Source: a virus (taxonomy: Duplodnaviria; Caudoviricetes). From it: DNA of 59,125 nucleotides. The first letter of the stretch is position 1; every line of letters begins with the position of its first letter. Under the pieces are notes generated by a model. That model did no database searches. It was not told where the DNA came from and was given only the letters and a program-made list of their open reading frames with translations. The position numbers and the translations under genes were made by a program. The stretch covers positions 1 through 59,125 of the IMG/VR virus record IMGVR_UViG_3300036861_000222. One strand, written 5' to 3'. Shown piece after piece: positions 26,939 to 37,510 of the stretch.

Positions 26939-27781
26939 CTACCGCTGATTATCGACTGTTGGACGACGCGGAGGTTCGTCGTAGCTCATGCCTACCCGCT
27001 TGGGCACACGTAGTGCAGTCGCCTGGCGGTTCGTGGCAACGAACGGCATACGGTTATATGTGGCAGGTGATCCCAATTCCAGGCTTGCGTCCGCCTGTGG
27101 CCTTGCAGGGAACCGTCGCGAGGCGACACGCGTAGACTCCCCCATGTTGATGAAGCCCTTATTCCAGGCACGACCCAGCGCTGAGGCATCTTCTCCGATG
27201 AACTCGTGCGCCTTCCTTCCCTGTCCATGCCCGACCAGACTCTCACCATCGCGGTGATCCACCAGGGACGGCCATGGGCACCAGGTGTTAAGCCGGAACA
27301 GGTCGATGGCGCAGCGACCTACCCTCCGGTCATACTGTGGGTATTGCTGCTTGTCGCACCACTTGATCAGCTCGTTGATGATCTCCGTAGGGAGGATGAT
27401 CGCAACACCCCAGTTGAGTGAGGGCATTTTGATCCAAGACGCATCTAGGTCGCGAGCCTGCATTACCGCGCGCTCTACCTTACCCGCAGCGGGGCGCCGC
27501 GTGCCAATATAAGGCGACACGACACCTGTCTCCGGGAGGAAGTCAAGCGCGGATTCGAGTCCGGCGATCAGGTCGCGACACACCAACGCATCGTCCTGAA
27601 CAACCATGCCCCACTCCGCGCCCTGGTCAATCGCCTGCCACGCGCGACGGCCAGTGTCCCAGCGGTTGTTTTTACGATCCCAGATAACGTCTGATTTCTC
27701 CAGTCCCAGCTGCTCCAGGAGGTGGGGGATGAACGGTGCGCGTTTCTGGTGTGCCATGATCTTCACGGAGAGCTGTGTCAT
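26939..27781 (-). CDS. Glycosyltransferase (GT-A-like)
   Basis: IMAH..R, VVQDDA, PSLVDH motifs. Confidence 0.7.
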   Translation of the reverse strand: MTQLSVKIMAHQKRAPFIPHLLEQLGLEKSDVIWDRKNNRWDTGRRAWQAIDQGAEWGMVVQDDALVCRDLIAGLESALDFLPETGVVSPYIGTRRPAAGKVERAVMQARDLDASWIKMPSLNWGVAIILPTEIINELIKWCDKQQYPQYDRRVGRCAIDLFRLNTWCPWPSLVDHRDGESLVGHGQGRKAHEFIGEDASALGRAWNKGFINMGESTRVASRRFPARPQADASLELGSPATYNRMPFVATNRQATALRVPKRVGMSYDEPPRRPTVDNQR

Positions 27782-28362
27782 GCTTGCGCCTTCTCATAGA
27801 CAAAGAAGGACGCGAGCCCTTCTCGGAGTGGTTGTTCGGTACGTTTCAGTTCCCAGCCGCCGAACATCCGCGCGATGTCGGGCGTGAACTCACGTCGGAA
27901 GACGTGACGGGCTGTGAGTCCACCAGCGTAGTTAGTGGAGTAGATCATCACGAAGCGTTCGGCGCTTTCGAAGAGCTGCTCTAGATACGTGAAGTAGTCG
28001 TTATCGTCGGGAAGATGGAAGAGCACATCCAGGCTTAGGGAAAGCTCATTCGGAACCTCAACAATTTCAGGGATGTTCAGCACAAACTCGTGTTGAGGGA
28101 ACTTAGCACGCATACGCTCAACAATGGTGAGTGATACATCTACACCAAGATAGTCAGCTCCATGTAGGTCAACAAGATCCAAAACCTGTCCGTCTCCACA
28201 ACCCCAATCGATCACGCTTTCAACGCTGTGGTCACGAATGAAGCCAGAGACGTACTTCGCCTTGTAAGAGCCTTCGTCGCCTTCAGAACCTGCGCCGGAG
28301 GTTCGCCCCTCGCGGTAGCGCCGATCCCAGTACCCGGCGGGAGTGTATTGGAGTTGCTTCAC
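27778..28362 (-). CDS. Class I SAM-dependent methyltransferase
   Basis: YW..RY...SG.GS, VIDWGCGDG, YLGVDVS. Confidence 0.88.
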   Translation of the reverse strand: MKQLQYTPAGYWDRRYREGRTSGAGSEGDEGSYKAKYVSGFIRDHSVESVIDWGCGDGQVLDLVDLHGADYLGVDVSLTIVERMRAKFPQHEFVLNIPEIVEVPNELSLSLDVLFHLPDDNDYFTYLEQLFESAERFVMIYSTNYAGGLTARHVFRREFTPDIARMFGGWELKRTEQPLREGLASFFVYEKAQA

Positions 28363-28994
28363 TTCGTCACCCCCGGAACCCGTTGCCCGATGACATAGCC
28401 AGGACTGCCCACTGCTAGCCGATCAGTAACCTTCCGCAGCCCCGTCAACTCCTCCGACTGGACCAGCGCGCTGACAGCTGCGAGTACCCCCGGGTTGTGC
28501 TCCTGATCGTAGTCATCAAAGATGATCACGGCGTCATCTGCGAGGTGCGGACGCCACGCCCGGAAGTCAGCTAGCACCGCTTCGAAGTGGTGGTCACCAT
28601 CAATGTAGAGCAGGCCGACTGGCTTACCACATAGCCCCTCATGCCACATCTCCGCTGCCAGGGTGGTCAGGGAGCGTACCGGAGTCACCTGGTCCCGTAC
28701 GTCTGCTTTCTCCAGTTGCCGCAGGAACTCTTGATAGGTGGCGGAAGGTAGCCGTTCCAACACACGGTTTCGCCATGAAGAGACTTCCTCGGACCAGGCG
28801 TCTACCGCGAAGACAGGCGCTCCGAGTCCTGTCTTCGCTCCTCGCGCCAGGTACGCCGTGGACTTCCCGCGATACGAGCCAAGCTCCACTACCGCACGTT
28901 CAGCGGCAACCTGCGATGCTGCCTTATGCAGCACCTCCCCAACCTCCGCAGAAATCAATCCGTCAAGCTCGGATAGCTCATCAAGTCCTAGCAT
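28359..28994 (-). CDS. Class I SAM methyltransferase (Methyltransf_24-like)
   Basis: VELGSYRGKST, LYIDGDH, IFDDY; GGAGG RBS before ATG 28994. Confidence 0.88.
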   Translation of the reverse strand: MLGLDELSELDGLISAEVGEVLHKAASQVAAERAVVELGSYRGKSTAYLARGAKTGLGAPVFAVDAWSEEVSSWRNRVLERLPSATYQEFLRQLEKADVRDQVTPVRSLTTLAAEMWHEGLCGKPVGLLYIDGDHHFEAVLADFRAWRPHLADDAVIIFDDYDQEHNPGVLAAVSALVQSEELTGLRKVTDRLAVGSPGYVIGQRVPGVTK

Positions 28995-29640
28995 TTCGCG
29001 CCTCCATAACGGATTGGGTGTGGTGCCATTGGTGTACTGCGATGACATCATTATCAAATGATACGGGAATCGTCCCCGTTTTGACATGTGAATAGCTGAA
29101 TGGGAACCATAGCCGTGAAGGATCCGTATGTCCTCCGTACTTCCGCCAAATAGGAGTGAGGTAGCGTGGACCTGAGAGGTGGTTCGGACGCTTACCGCGT
29201 AGACGGGTGACGTTCGCTGGGAGCCCACGAACCAACTCACGGAATATCGAGTGACGAGGCACAGCTCCCAGATAGGTGTTTCCTACCCAGTTGTGATCTT
29301 CCATTGCGGCAAAGGTGTCGAGTCCTCGGAGTGCGTTGTCAATGCGGTGCAGGGGGTTGGTATCCACGTCAGCGTAAAAGCCACCGTAGTTATACAGCAG
29401 CTCATAGCGAAGGATGTCTGATTGGAACTGTTCAACCGCGTCACCGGGCACCAGCTTAGACGCCTGATCGAATAGTGCCTGATTGTGCAACATAGGAAGA
29501 TTCGATTCGTCCCACAACGTGACCTCCCAGTCTGGGTGCATGTACTCCCAGGTGGTTAGGTTTTTTCGTAGGTGATTCGGCATTGGTTTCCCAAGCCAGA
29601 TGAAGTGCATCTTTCTTGGAATCTTCAGATCTTCTGTCAT
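28981..29640 (-). CDS. GT32/OCH1-like DXD glycosyltransferase
   Basis: IPR.MHFIWLG, HPDWE..LW, SDILRY.LLY.YGG.YADVD. Confidence 0.9.
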   Translation of the reverse strand: MTEDLKIPRKMHFIWLGKPMPNHLRKNLTTWEYMHPDWEVTLWDESNLPMLHNQALFDQASKLVPGDAVEQFQSDILRYELLYNYGGFYADVDTNPLHRIDNALRGLDTFAAMEDHNWVGNTYLGAVPRHSIFRELVRGLPANVTRLRGKRPNHLSGPRYLTPIWRKYGGHTDPSRLWFPFSYSHVKTGTIPVSFDNDVIAVHQWHHTQSVMEARNART

Positions 29641-29657
29641 GGTTCCTCCGAGTTACA

Positions 29658-29689
29658 GGGAGCGTGGTTGCATGACTAACCACGCTCCC
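29658..29689. terminator. Hairpin after the major tail gene
   Basis: GGGAGCGTGGTT...AACCACGCTCCC. Confidence 0.55.
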
Positions 29690-29721
29690 CAGAGATGGGC
29701 TACATCTACGCCTGTAGCGTA

Positions 29722-30384
29722 TCAGCTTCCGATCTCTACAGCACCACAACCGGCAGCGGGAGGCTGAACGGTAGTGATGTTGAATGCGAAGTGTTTACCC
29801 GGCTCCCACGTGGCCGTGGGGGAGTCTGCCAGCCACGGGTTTCCGATATCCCACAGGGGAGAAGCTGGCTTCGTCTGCGAGGCGAACCCGAAAGTAAACA
29901 CATCGTTCGTGAAGGTGAGTTCCTGCACACGAGCATTGAACTCATGCGGGAACGCCCAGTAAATCCACCGCTGAAGACCGGCAGCATCGCAGGCGTCCTC
30001 TCCTGCAACTGGCTGCCAGATCTCCTTAGAGAATCGGGCGTTCAGCAGACCATCACCGAAAGTGACGCCGGAGAACTCCGAACCGTCAACGATGGGGTCC
30101 TCACCGAACACCAACGCGATCAGGTCTACGTCCAGGGTGCACAGGTTGGTGACCTCATCCACCCAGTTAAGGAAGCTCGGCTCCTGCTCATTCACACAAG
30201 GCTGACCGTTCGCCTTGCGTTGGAGCAGACGCGTACCATCCTCGTAGTTGGGCGTCGCGGTAATTTCGGTCCATGAATCAGTGGTGACCTGGGCTGAACC
30301 GTCACCCGTCACGGGAACACCGCAGTTATTCAGCAGCGTGAAGCGCGCTACTTCCCCACGAATGGGGTTTGCACATACGGACAA
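29722..30384 (-). CDS. Major tail (tube) protein
   Basis: I.G...R.T.L..CG.P, ANG..C motif; GAGGTG RBS with TTG start. Confidence 0.75.
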   Translation of the reverse strand: MSVCANPIRGEVARFTLLNNCGVPVTGDGSAQVTTDSWTEITATPNYEDGTRLLQRKANGQPCVNEQEPSFLNWVDEVTNLCTLDVDLIALVFGEDPIVDGSEFSGVTFGDGLLNARFSKEIWQPVAGEDACDAAGLQRWIYWAFPHEFNARVQELTFTNDVFTFGFASQTKPASPLWDIGNPWLADSPTATWEPGKHFAFNITTVQPPAAGCGAVEIGS

Positions 30385-30419
30385 GGTTTACACCTCTTTT
30401 CTTATCTAGATGACGGTTG

Positions 30420-31316
30420 TCACGGAGTACCGTCCCCGGTGACGCTGGCTGCGAGATCCACCGGAGCGGCAAGCAGGCAGCAGTCATAGCCGACGACGTA
30501 CGTACGCTCAGCGATCATGGACACCGTGTTTACATTCCGGTCCAACGACTGAACTGGAGTAAATGAGTGTGGCGTCGCCTCACGCTGGAAGAACACAGAT
30601 CCCGTCGCGTAAATCCAGGAAACGTTGGCTACAGATGCGCCAGCCGGAGACGTTCCCGGATATCCCCCACCGATCACCACTCGTGATCCGGCAGGCGTGA
30701 ACGCCTGTCCGTCGCGTGTGATCAGCAGCATCTGCGACGCCATGATCTCGGCGACTTCCAACGTCACGTGTAGCGTGGCAATACCTGGATAGCAGTCACG
30801 CATTGCCGTTTCCAGTGCACCGACCACCAGCACGATGTTGGCGGGTGTAGCTGAGATAATATCCGTCTCAAGCTGCAAGACGTCTTCACCATCTACAACA
30901 GCCGCTGTTGATGCGAGGTGTGGATATTGACGGATAGCGCCGCCTGTCTCCACGATTCCCGTTGCGAAGATGCGTTCTACTTCCCGAGCTTCTGCACGAA
31001 TCAGCGCTTGTTGATTTCGTGGTGACAATGCTTCCCATGAGCCTGTTGGTGAGCAGTCGATACGTGTGAACACGGTGAACGGAACTGCGCCATAGACAGC
31101 CCAGTCCCATGTTTCCGCCTTGGCGACTGGAGTTCCCTCCAACGTCACACATGCATCGAACGTACCGTCAGCATCGGGACACAACGGCTCCCAGGTGATC
31201 CCGCGACGCCAGTGTGTGTCTACCAAGTCAAGCTGTGTTGCTGTACTCAGTAGTCCATACTCTGGAGCGGTGAACGGGATTATGTCACCGTTGATCAAGA
31301 ATCTTCCGCGACTCAT
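30420..31316 (-). CDS. Minor capsid / decoration-type protein
   Basis: Directly after the MCP; YGLLS, W..G..W, TP.G..VV.GGGY, N.....AERTYVV..DC. Confidence 0.6.
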   Translation of the reverse strand: MSRGRFLINGDIIPFTAPEYGLLSTATQLDLVDTHWRRGITWEPLCPDADGTFDACVTLEGTPVAKAETWDWAVYGAVPFTVFTRIDCSPTGSWEALSPRNQQALIRAEAREVERIFATGIVETGGAIRQYPHLASTAAVVDGEDVLQLETDIISATPANIVLVVGALETAMRDCYPGIATLHVTLEVAEIMASQMLLITRDGQAFTPAGSRVVIGGGYPGTSPAGASVANVSWIYATGSVFFQREATPHSFTPVQSLDRNVNTVSMIAERTYVVGYDCCLLAAPVDLAASVTGDGTP

Positions 31317-31351
31317 CCGCGCTCACCTCCCTTCTCTCGTCTCGAAATCGA

Positions 31352-33136
31352 TCAGCACGTGATGTTACGTGCGCCGATGATGCCCGCAGAGCAGATGTCC
31401 ACGGTCACGACACGGGACTCGTGTCCAGGCTTCAGCAGCGCGTAGCAATCTTCGGCCCACGCTGCCGTGTGGTCGTTCGTGCTGTTGAGAACGGAGTCAC
31501 GAACGACGCCCAGGTCCAGGGACATGGAGTTGCCACGAACGAACGTGCCAGGCGCGTAGATCATGTAATCGAGCGTGGTCGGCCAGTTGGTGAGCGGCGT
31601 TGCCGCGCCAGGGTCGCCAGCTGCACGTACCTGCCAGTCGCCTACGAACTGGACGCGGACACCGCGAATGTTGAACCAGTCGGCAATCATGCCGTCTGTC
31701 ACGGAGAATACATCGACGCCGTCGCGGTTCGCGAGATCGGCGCGGATAACCGCGTTTGCCCAGCGAGGAAGCACGACTTCCAGCACCGCATCAAAGCACA
31801 TGCTGTACTTCTCGCGGTAGTCAACCGCGCTCAGTTCGATGGAGCTGAGCAGCGCTGAGGTTGTCGCACCTAGGAGTGCCTGGTGGTTGACAGGGATTGA
31901 CGCGGAGATGGCGTCGCCCGATCCTCCACCGTTCAGCATGAGGTCGATGATGCGTGCGTTCGTCGCGCGGGCCCGGATCGCCATGACCAGCCGGAGCCAG
32001 TTGGCGATCAGTTCGGGGTATGCGTAGTCCACCAGGTTACCGGCAGTCACGCAGAAACCATCGCAGTCGGCGCGTCGGTCTACGAAAGTAGGACATTCTA
32101 CGCGTACGCATGGTTTGAAGACAGACGCGGAGTCAACCGCATCAATGTCGTCCTGCTCTGTCCAGGTCCAGACGATGCCCGGATCCGAAGCGAGGTCGCC
32201 GAAGCTGGGGGAGGTGGGGTACTGGACGCCGCCTCGGTTGAGTCCGACCGTGGGCAGGTCGATCATGCCGTCTTCGCAGACGACGTTGAAGAAGTCGTAA
32301 GAGATCTCCGAAGGCGCGCACCATCCGCCAGCGGCAACGAGAACATCCTCATCAGCAGCCGCTTCTAGAACCGCGTTCATCTGCTCCGGCGTGGAGTTCT
32401 CATTCAGCGTGAATGTGAATTCACGCTGCAATGACGCAACAGGGTACTGGTTCGGGTTACCTGTGGTAGACACAGGAAGCGTGCGAGCGCGCTTGTGGAA
32501 CGCCTCTGCAAGCTGACCAATGTTCTCAAGGCGTCCGCCCTGCGTGAAGCCAGGAACGTCAGCCGAAGCCACGATCACCGCTTCGGAGCGTGCCTCGTGC
32601 ACCTGAGCGTCAGGTGCATACTGGGCGATGGTGCCCAGACGGAGACGCTGGTTCAGGTCCGTTTCCGGCTTCAGGTAGTCAGCCGCGAACGCCTTCATCG
32701 TCTCACCTACAGCAGCGGATACTGCTGCTGTGATGACGGACTGCGAGGCTGCTGCGGAGAGCGCGGGAACCAACTCCTTTGTGGCGCTGGTTTCGTCCTG
32801 ATCCGTGGCTTCCGCTTCCTCGGCCGCTTCTTCGCCTGAGGCCGCAGGTTGGATAGCATCGCGGAGAGCAGCGGCACGCTGGGCCAGGTCGTCCGCCTCA
32901 GCAGTGACCAGAGCAGAGCGCTCCTTAACCGCGAGGATCTGACCTTTCAGTGTTTCCAGCTGAGGGAAGTTCTCGGCAGTGACCCCATCACCGTTGTTGT
33001 AGAGCGCATCGAACTGCTTCACCAGCTCGTCATGCAGACGGGACAGCTCAGCGGAGTCGCTGATAGCTGCAAGCGCAGCGGTCAGCTCTTCGCCACCATC
33101 CGGCAGGTGCGTTCCCGCCTCGTTGTCCTTCGGCAT
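31352..33136 (-). CDS. Major capsid protein with N-terminal scaffold-like coiled coil
   Basis: LVAAGGWCAPSE..Y, DLP....RGG, KPC....CP, LG.V.DS.....ND. Confidence 0.85.
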   Translation of the reverse strand: MPKDNEAGTHLPDGGEELTAALAAISDSAELSRLHDELVKQFDALYNNGDGVTAENFPQLETLKGQILAVKERSALVTAEADDLAQRAAALRDAIQPAASGEEAAEEAEATDQDETSATKELVPALSAAASQSVITAAVSAAVGETMKAFAADYLKPETDLNQRLRLGTIAQYAPDAQVHEARSEAVIVASADVPGFTQGGRLENIGQLAEAFHKRARTLPVSTTGNPNQYPVASLQREFTFTLNENSTPEQMNAVLEAAADEDVLVAAGGWCAPSEISYDFFNVVCEDGMIDLPTVGLNRGGVQYPTSPSFGDLASDPGIVWTWTEQDDIDAVDSASVFKPCVRVECPTFVDRRADCDGFCVTAGNLVDYAYPELIANWLRLVMAIRARATNARIIDLMLNGGGSGDAISASIPVNHQALLGATTSALLSSIELSAVDYREKYSMCFDAVLEVVLPRWANAVIRADLANRDGVDVFSVTDGMIADWFNIRGVRVQFVGDWQVRAAGDPGAATPLTNWPTTLDYMIYAPGTFVRGNSMSLDLGVVRDSVLNSTNDHTAAWAEDCYALLKPGHESRVVTVDICSAGIIGARNITC

Positions 33137-33222
33137 CTCGGTTCCTCTTGTGTAATGGGGTGAATACTCGGATTGTACACACGATTTACAGGTGAAAACC
33201 TGGTTTCACCTTGTAATCGAAA

Positions 33223-33405
33223 CTATGTGTTCGACTTTGCACCTGACTGGGTGTTCTTCGTATTCCAGTCAGTCTTTTTCGCCTGCGACGAACCAGCGGA
33301 GGTGAGCACACGCACGGCGCGTTCACGCGCCATCCGTGCCTGCTCCTCCGTGGAGAACACTCGTGTCTGCCCGTTGACCTTCTTTTTCCCGCAGTTGCAA
33401 CCCAT
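33223..33405 (-). CDS. Small basic protein (MGCNCGKKK...)
   Basis: Typical small ORF between protease and capsid genes; AAGGGG RBS. Confidence 0.6.
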   Translation of the reverse strand: MGCNCGKKKVNGQTRVFSTEEQARMARERAVRVLTSAGSSQAKKTDWNTKNTQSGAKSNT

Positions 33406-33417
33406 CTCAAGCCCCTT

Positions 33418-35727
33418 TCAGGTGAGGAGTTCTGAAGCGAACGCCCGGATTCGTGTCTCAGGATCACGGCCGATTTGCGCGGCGATCCGGTCGGCGGCTG
33501 CGCGCATGCCTATCGGTTCGTCTACGCCAGCTGTAGTGCCAAAGCGCAATGCTGTGGTAGTCGAAGCCAGTTCGCCGCCTTGCAGCGTGAAGGAGTGGTG
33601 TGCCGTGGGGAATCCGGGGACCGGAACGAGGAGCGCAGCGGCGAGCTCGCGCTTCCCCGGCTTTTCACGGTGCGGGCCCCAATCGCCGGACAGCTGACAC
33701 GCCATCATCCGAGCAACCTGCTCAGCGTTGACACCTGGCACCAATGCTCCCGCGATCCACACACCCCTGCGGTTTTCGCCTACACATGCGGTAGCGACTA
33801 CCGAACATGCATTGTCGTAGTGCTCGCGTCGTGCCTGACCTTTCGGGCCCACGGGTGCGTGTCCGCAGTCCATCGTGATCGGCCCTGTAGCCAGTCGGGT
33901 ATAGCCGCCATGTCCATCGTCAACGAGTGTTGCGCGGTTCATCCAGATCCCGTAATCCACGTTGCCGACCGGTACCGTAACGCGCTTGTCGCGGTAGCTG
34001 CGGTGCGCCACGTGGCGTGGTGCGAGATACCCGAAGAATCGCCCCTCGTCGGTAACTGTGATGGCGCCAATAGCAGGGTCTTCGCCTGGCTCGGCGAACC
34101 ATTCGACAGGTGGAAGCTCTGGAATAGTGATCGTATACGCCGCCGCAGTAAGCGCGAAATCTTCCTCAGGCTCTTCGATGTCATCTGGCAACTCTTCATC
34201 AAGGTAGAGACGAGCCTCAGCGAAGGCAGGGATGTCAACCAGGTCAACGCCGCGAATCCGAGCCCCGTCAGTGATGATGGTGCGCTCAGGCTCCGCGCAC
34301 ACAGGATCAAACTCGGCTGCTTCGTTTTCGATATCGCAGCCTTCGGCGAACTGGTATTCAACCGTGAGTCCAGCCCCGTCAGGATCCTGGTCAATGAGGA
34401 TGGAGACACCAGCGAGGATACCTGGATTGGCACGGGTGCCCATGAGCCGAGCAGCCTCAGGACCCCAAGGCGCTTGCAGGTCGATAACCCCAGTAGCGAA
34501 GAGCTGGTTACCATCACGTTCAATGGTGTCGATACGGCCGACCCGCGCAACCTTGTCAGAACCTGATCCCCCATGGCTGCGCTCATACTGGTATCCCAAC
34601 GGGATTTCAAGCGTCGCCGGAGTCGCGCCTTCGATCTGCCATGACAGGTTGTCAGTGTTGAACTGTCGCCCGTCTCCGGTGACACGATTCCCGACAACGA
34701 TAGGTCCCGACACACGCACATAACGGGGGTTGTGGCTCAGCCCCTCCTCGGAGGCGTACAGCGCTGCGAGCTGTGCTTTTGCAGACTCCTCGGTATCGTG
34801 GCATCCTTCCACTTCGCCATCTGCTTCCTTCACCACTGCGAATTGCCCTGAGGCGCAGTCAGGGTGATCAGGAACGATATTCCACGGCATGGCAGGTTCC
34901 TCCGCATATCCGGCTGCGTTGATGGTGACGATTGTCCCGTTATCGTTCAAGTCGAGATCTTCAGGATTGAACACGGCAAATGTCGTGCATCGGCAGTTGA
35001 TGATCTCGCCTGGCGGCCCACTCGGATCGCCTGGGAAGGCCAGCGAGGATTCTCCAACAATGAACGGCGCACTGAACTGCACGATCTGTCCGTCAGCGTC
35101 CACATGCGTGTGCCGTGTGCGTGGATCGTTCGTCGCCTGCCATTGCTTGCGCATAACACCCGGTTTGATCCTGTAGGCAGTTTCGAATCGCAGCAGGGTT
35201 GCCATCGCAGCTACGTTGCGGGCCCCGTGACTCTCGGTACGGGCAATAACGTTGGCTCGGGGCTTCGTCACCACGATCGCGTCGCGCACCCGTTGTGCGA
35301 GTTGTGGCTGCGATTCGCCGAGTGCGATGCCTTCGGCAAGCTGTGTGCGGACGTTGAACCAGAGTTCGTTCCCGATACCGACAAGCCGGTTCTGCGCCTG
35401 TTGCAGATACTGCTCAGTGTCGAGTGCCTGGTCTTGCAGCAACGTGAGGGGGTTGCCCACAGCCAGCGCGAGTCGTGCCAGCGTCTCAGCTCCGGCTTCG
35501 ATCATGGACGTATCCAGCCGAGGAATCAACTCCTCAGCGACATATGCCGCCCACGCGGTGATGATGAGATCGAGTGCGGACTGATCAGCCTGCGCTAGTG
35601 CTTCCTCTATATCCTCAGATTCCATGACACGGAGGATGGACAGCTCTAGTCCCTGGTCTACGAGCCGTTCGAACTCCTCAGCTGTGAGGTCGAGTTCTTC
35701 CAGGGTCTGTAGGGGTACAGCTACCAT
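33418..35727 (-). CDS. MuF-like minor head protein fused to capsid maturation protease
   Basis: IARTE, W....D.RTR..H, FPGDP...EIINCRC; then TGDGR, VGRID, VDIPAF.EA, LSGDW. Confidence 0.8.
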   Translation of the reverse strand: MVAVPLQTLEELDLTAEEFERLVDQGLELSILRVMESEDIEEALAQADQSALDLIITAWAAYVAEELIPRLDTSMIEAGAETLARLALAVGNPLTLLQDQALDTEQYLQQAQNRLVGIGNELWFNVRTQLAEGIALGESQPQLAQRVRDAIVVTKPRANVIARTESHGARNVAAMATLLRFETAYRIKPGVMRKQWQATNDPRTRHTHVDADGQIVQFSAPFIVGESSLAFPGDPSGPPGEIINCRCTTFAVFNPEDLDLNDNGTIVTINAAGYAEEPAMPWNIVPDHPDCASGQFAVVKEADGEVEGCHDTEESAKAQLAALYASEEGLSHNPRYVRVSGPIVVGNRVTGDGRQFNTDNLSWQIEGATPATLEIPLGYQYERSHGGSGSDKVARVGRIDTIERDGNQLFATGVIDLQAPWGPEAARLMGTRANPGILAGVSILIDQDPDGAGLTVEYQFAEGCDIENEAAEFDPVCAEPERTIITDGARIRGVDLVDIPAFAEARLYLDEELPDDIEEPEEDFALTAAAYTITIPELPPVEWFAEPGEDPAIGAITVTDEGRFFGYLAPRHVAHRSYRDKRVTVPVGNVDYGIWMNRATLVDDGHGGYTRLATGPITMDCGHAPVGPKGQARREHYDNACSVVATACVGENRRGVWIAGALVPGVNAEQVARMMACQLSGDWGPHREKPGKRELAAALLVPVPGFPTAHHSFTLQGGELASTTTALRFGTTAGVDEPIGMRAAADRIAAQIGRDPETRIRAFASELLT

Positions 35728-37142
35728 CACGCCTCCCCCGGTTCCGTGGCCGTGGTGTCAACAGGGGATTCGGAGTCGACTCCAGTCTCTGTGGTTTCAG
35801 TCCCGTCCGGGTTCTCATCTCCTGTGTCAGTGGAGGCAGCGGCTCCGGTCGCACGGCTGCGACGCTCAAGCAGATCCGTCATGTTGTCGAGATCCGTGCC
35901 ACTCGGCCTGTCGGACTCTGAGAAGCCCTTCTCACGTCGGTACGCTACGCCGTTAATCTCCATACGGTCATAGGCTTCGTCAGCGGCCTTAGACTTGTCA
36001 GGTCGCTGCACGATCTCGGACGGGTCATACCAGATGACAATCCGGCCGCCATTGGGTCCGATCAGGGCATCTCCGCCAGCGCGGAGTACGGGGACGAGAT
36101 AGCCCTTCGTCAGGGCATGGCAGATCATTTCCGCGTCAGGCGCAATATGCAGCTTGATGCCGGATTCTTCCACCTGAGCGGCACCCCAGTGGTTCATACC
36201 AGCAACTCCGAGGAGTTGGTCAGAGGGCATGTCCAAGGCTGTCGCCATGCGGCGGATGGCACTCTCACGCTGCGTGATCAGCTTGTCGTCAATGGGGTTG
36301 GAGAGATCCAGCGCCATCATCACATCTGACAACTTCACGTCGGTAGCATCGCCGAGGTCAACGCCAATAGGCAGCTTCAACGCCGCTTCGGCGGACATAG
36401 GGTCTTTGATGCCACGTGATCCGACTTCCACCAGGACCTGCGCGAACGGGTCTTGTCCGTCCGCGCCGTTGGGGTTGGGGAGTTGGGGGAAACTGAGCTT
36501 GCCACGGTCGTAGAGGAGTACGCCGTTCGATGCTAGGCGGGATACCGTCTCAGCGACGATGCGCTTGTTGATGAGATCAAGCTCGCCCATGGCCCCTAGC
36601 GCGTGCGATGCTACGGAGCTGGCGCGGTAGGAGTACCGCTCGTCCGGGCGCCAGAACCGCACCACCATCGTGTCAGGTCCGAGTGGGTACCAATCCCGCT
36701 GGCCTTCACCGAATTTGAGCTGATAGACGCCTTCCCTGACACGGAGTTCGTCAGCGGAGTAGACAGCCCACAACTCCTCACCTTCTTCGCTGGTCTGTCC
36801 GACCAACCAGCCTTCACCGGGGACATTGAAGTGGATGCCCATGAGTTTCATGAGCTGGGCTTGTCCGCCGATACCACCAGCGAGCCGCGCTACGGCGTCA
36901 GCAGCTGGACCCTCCGCGATCACCAGTGGCTCGTCGCCTCCCGGAATGTACTCCGCTGCTAGCAGCCGCACACGTGAGAGGGCGTTCGCCTTCCAGTTGA
37001 CAGCGGCGCTGAACTCTTCCAATCCGTAGTAATAAGCCCAGAGCTGGTCCTGAACGGAGTTGTACCGTGGGGTGTACTGCTTAGAAGGGGACAGCACGGA
37101 AGCAGACGCTACAAGCGTTGTACCGAATGCCGGAAGTGCCAT
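35727..37142 (-). CDS. Portal protein
   Basis: W..NA.SRVRL, VPGE.W, SRLA.NG.L, R..AI.R.A..LD.P..LLG....NHW. Confidence 0.85.
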   Translation of the reverse strand: MALPAFGTTLVASASVLSPSKQYTPRYNSVQDQLWAYYYGLEEFSAAVNWKANALSRVRLLAAEYIPGGDEPLVIAEGPAADAVARLAGGIGGQAQLMKLMGIHFNVPGEGWLVGQTSEEGEELWAVYSADELRVREGVYQLKFGEGQRDWYPLGPDTMVVRFWRPDERYSYRASSVASHALGAMGELDLINKRIVAETVSRLASNGVLLYDRGKLSFPQLPNPNGADGQDPFAQVLVEVGSRGIKDPMSAEAALKLPIGVDLGDATDVKLSDVMMALDLSNPIDDKLITQRESAIRRMATALDMPSDQLLGVAGMNHWGAAQVEESGIKLHIAPDAEMICHALTKGYLVPVLRAGGDALIGPNGGRIVIWYDPSEIVQRPDKSKAADEAYDRMEINGVAYRREKGFSESDRPSGTDLDNMTDLLERRSRATGAAASTDTGDENPDGTETTETGVDSESPVDTTATEPGEA

Positions 37143-37150
37143 GTTTGTCC

Positions 37151-37510
37151 CTAGTCAGTGGTCAGGCTCCCTAGCACCACAATCACGCCGGACATAGCGA
37201 GCCACGTAAGCAACGGGTGGTTAATCCCGTACACCTGTGATAGTAGCACCGTAGTCACACCCGACACCCAGAATCCAAGGCACTTTACGCATGACAGCAG
37301 ATATGCCAGCTTTGAATTCCATTCCTCGGACTCGTTGTACAGCGACCACTCAGCGCTGTACGGCTCAGCGTGCTTATTGATCCAGCGCCGTTCGAAGAAT
37401 CCACGTATCGGTTGCATGAGCGGATCTGCGATTTTCGCTGACGCGAATACCCAGGAAACGAAGAATGAGGCGAATGTTCCAAAGAAGAACAGCCACGTAT
37501 CAGACATCAT
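37151..37510 (-). CDS. DUF1360-like membrane protein
   Basis: LL.C..C.GFWVS plus TM segments. Confidence 0.65.
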   Translation of the reverse strand: MMSDTWLFFFGTFASFFVSWVFASAKIADPLMQPIRGFFERRWINKHAEPYSAEWSLYNESEEWNSKLAYLLSCVKCLGFWVSGVTTVLLSQVYGINHPLLTWLAMSGVIVVLGSLTTD

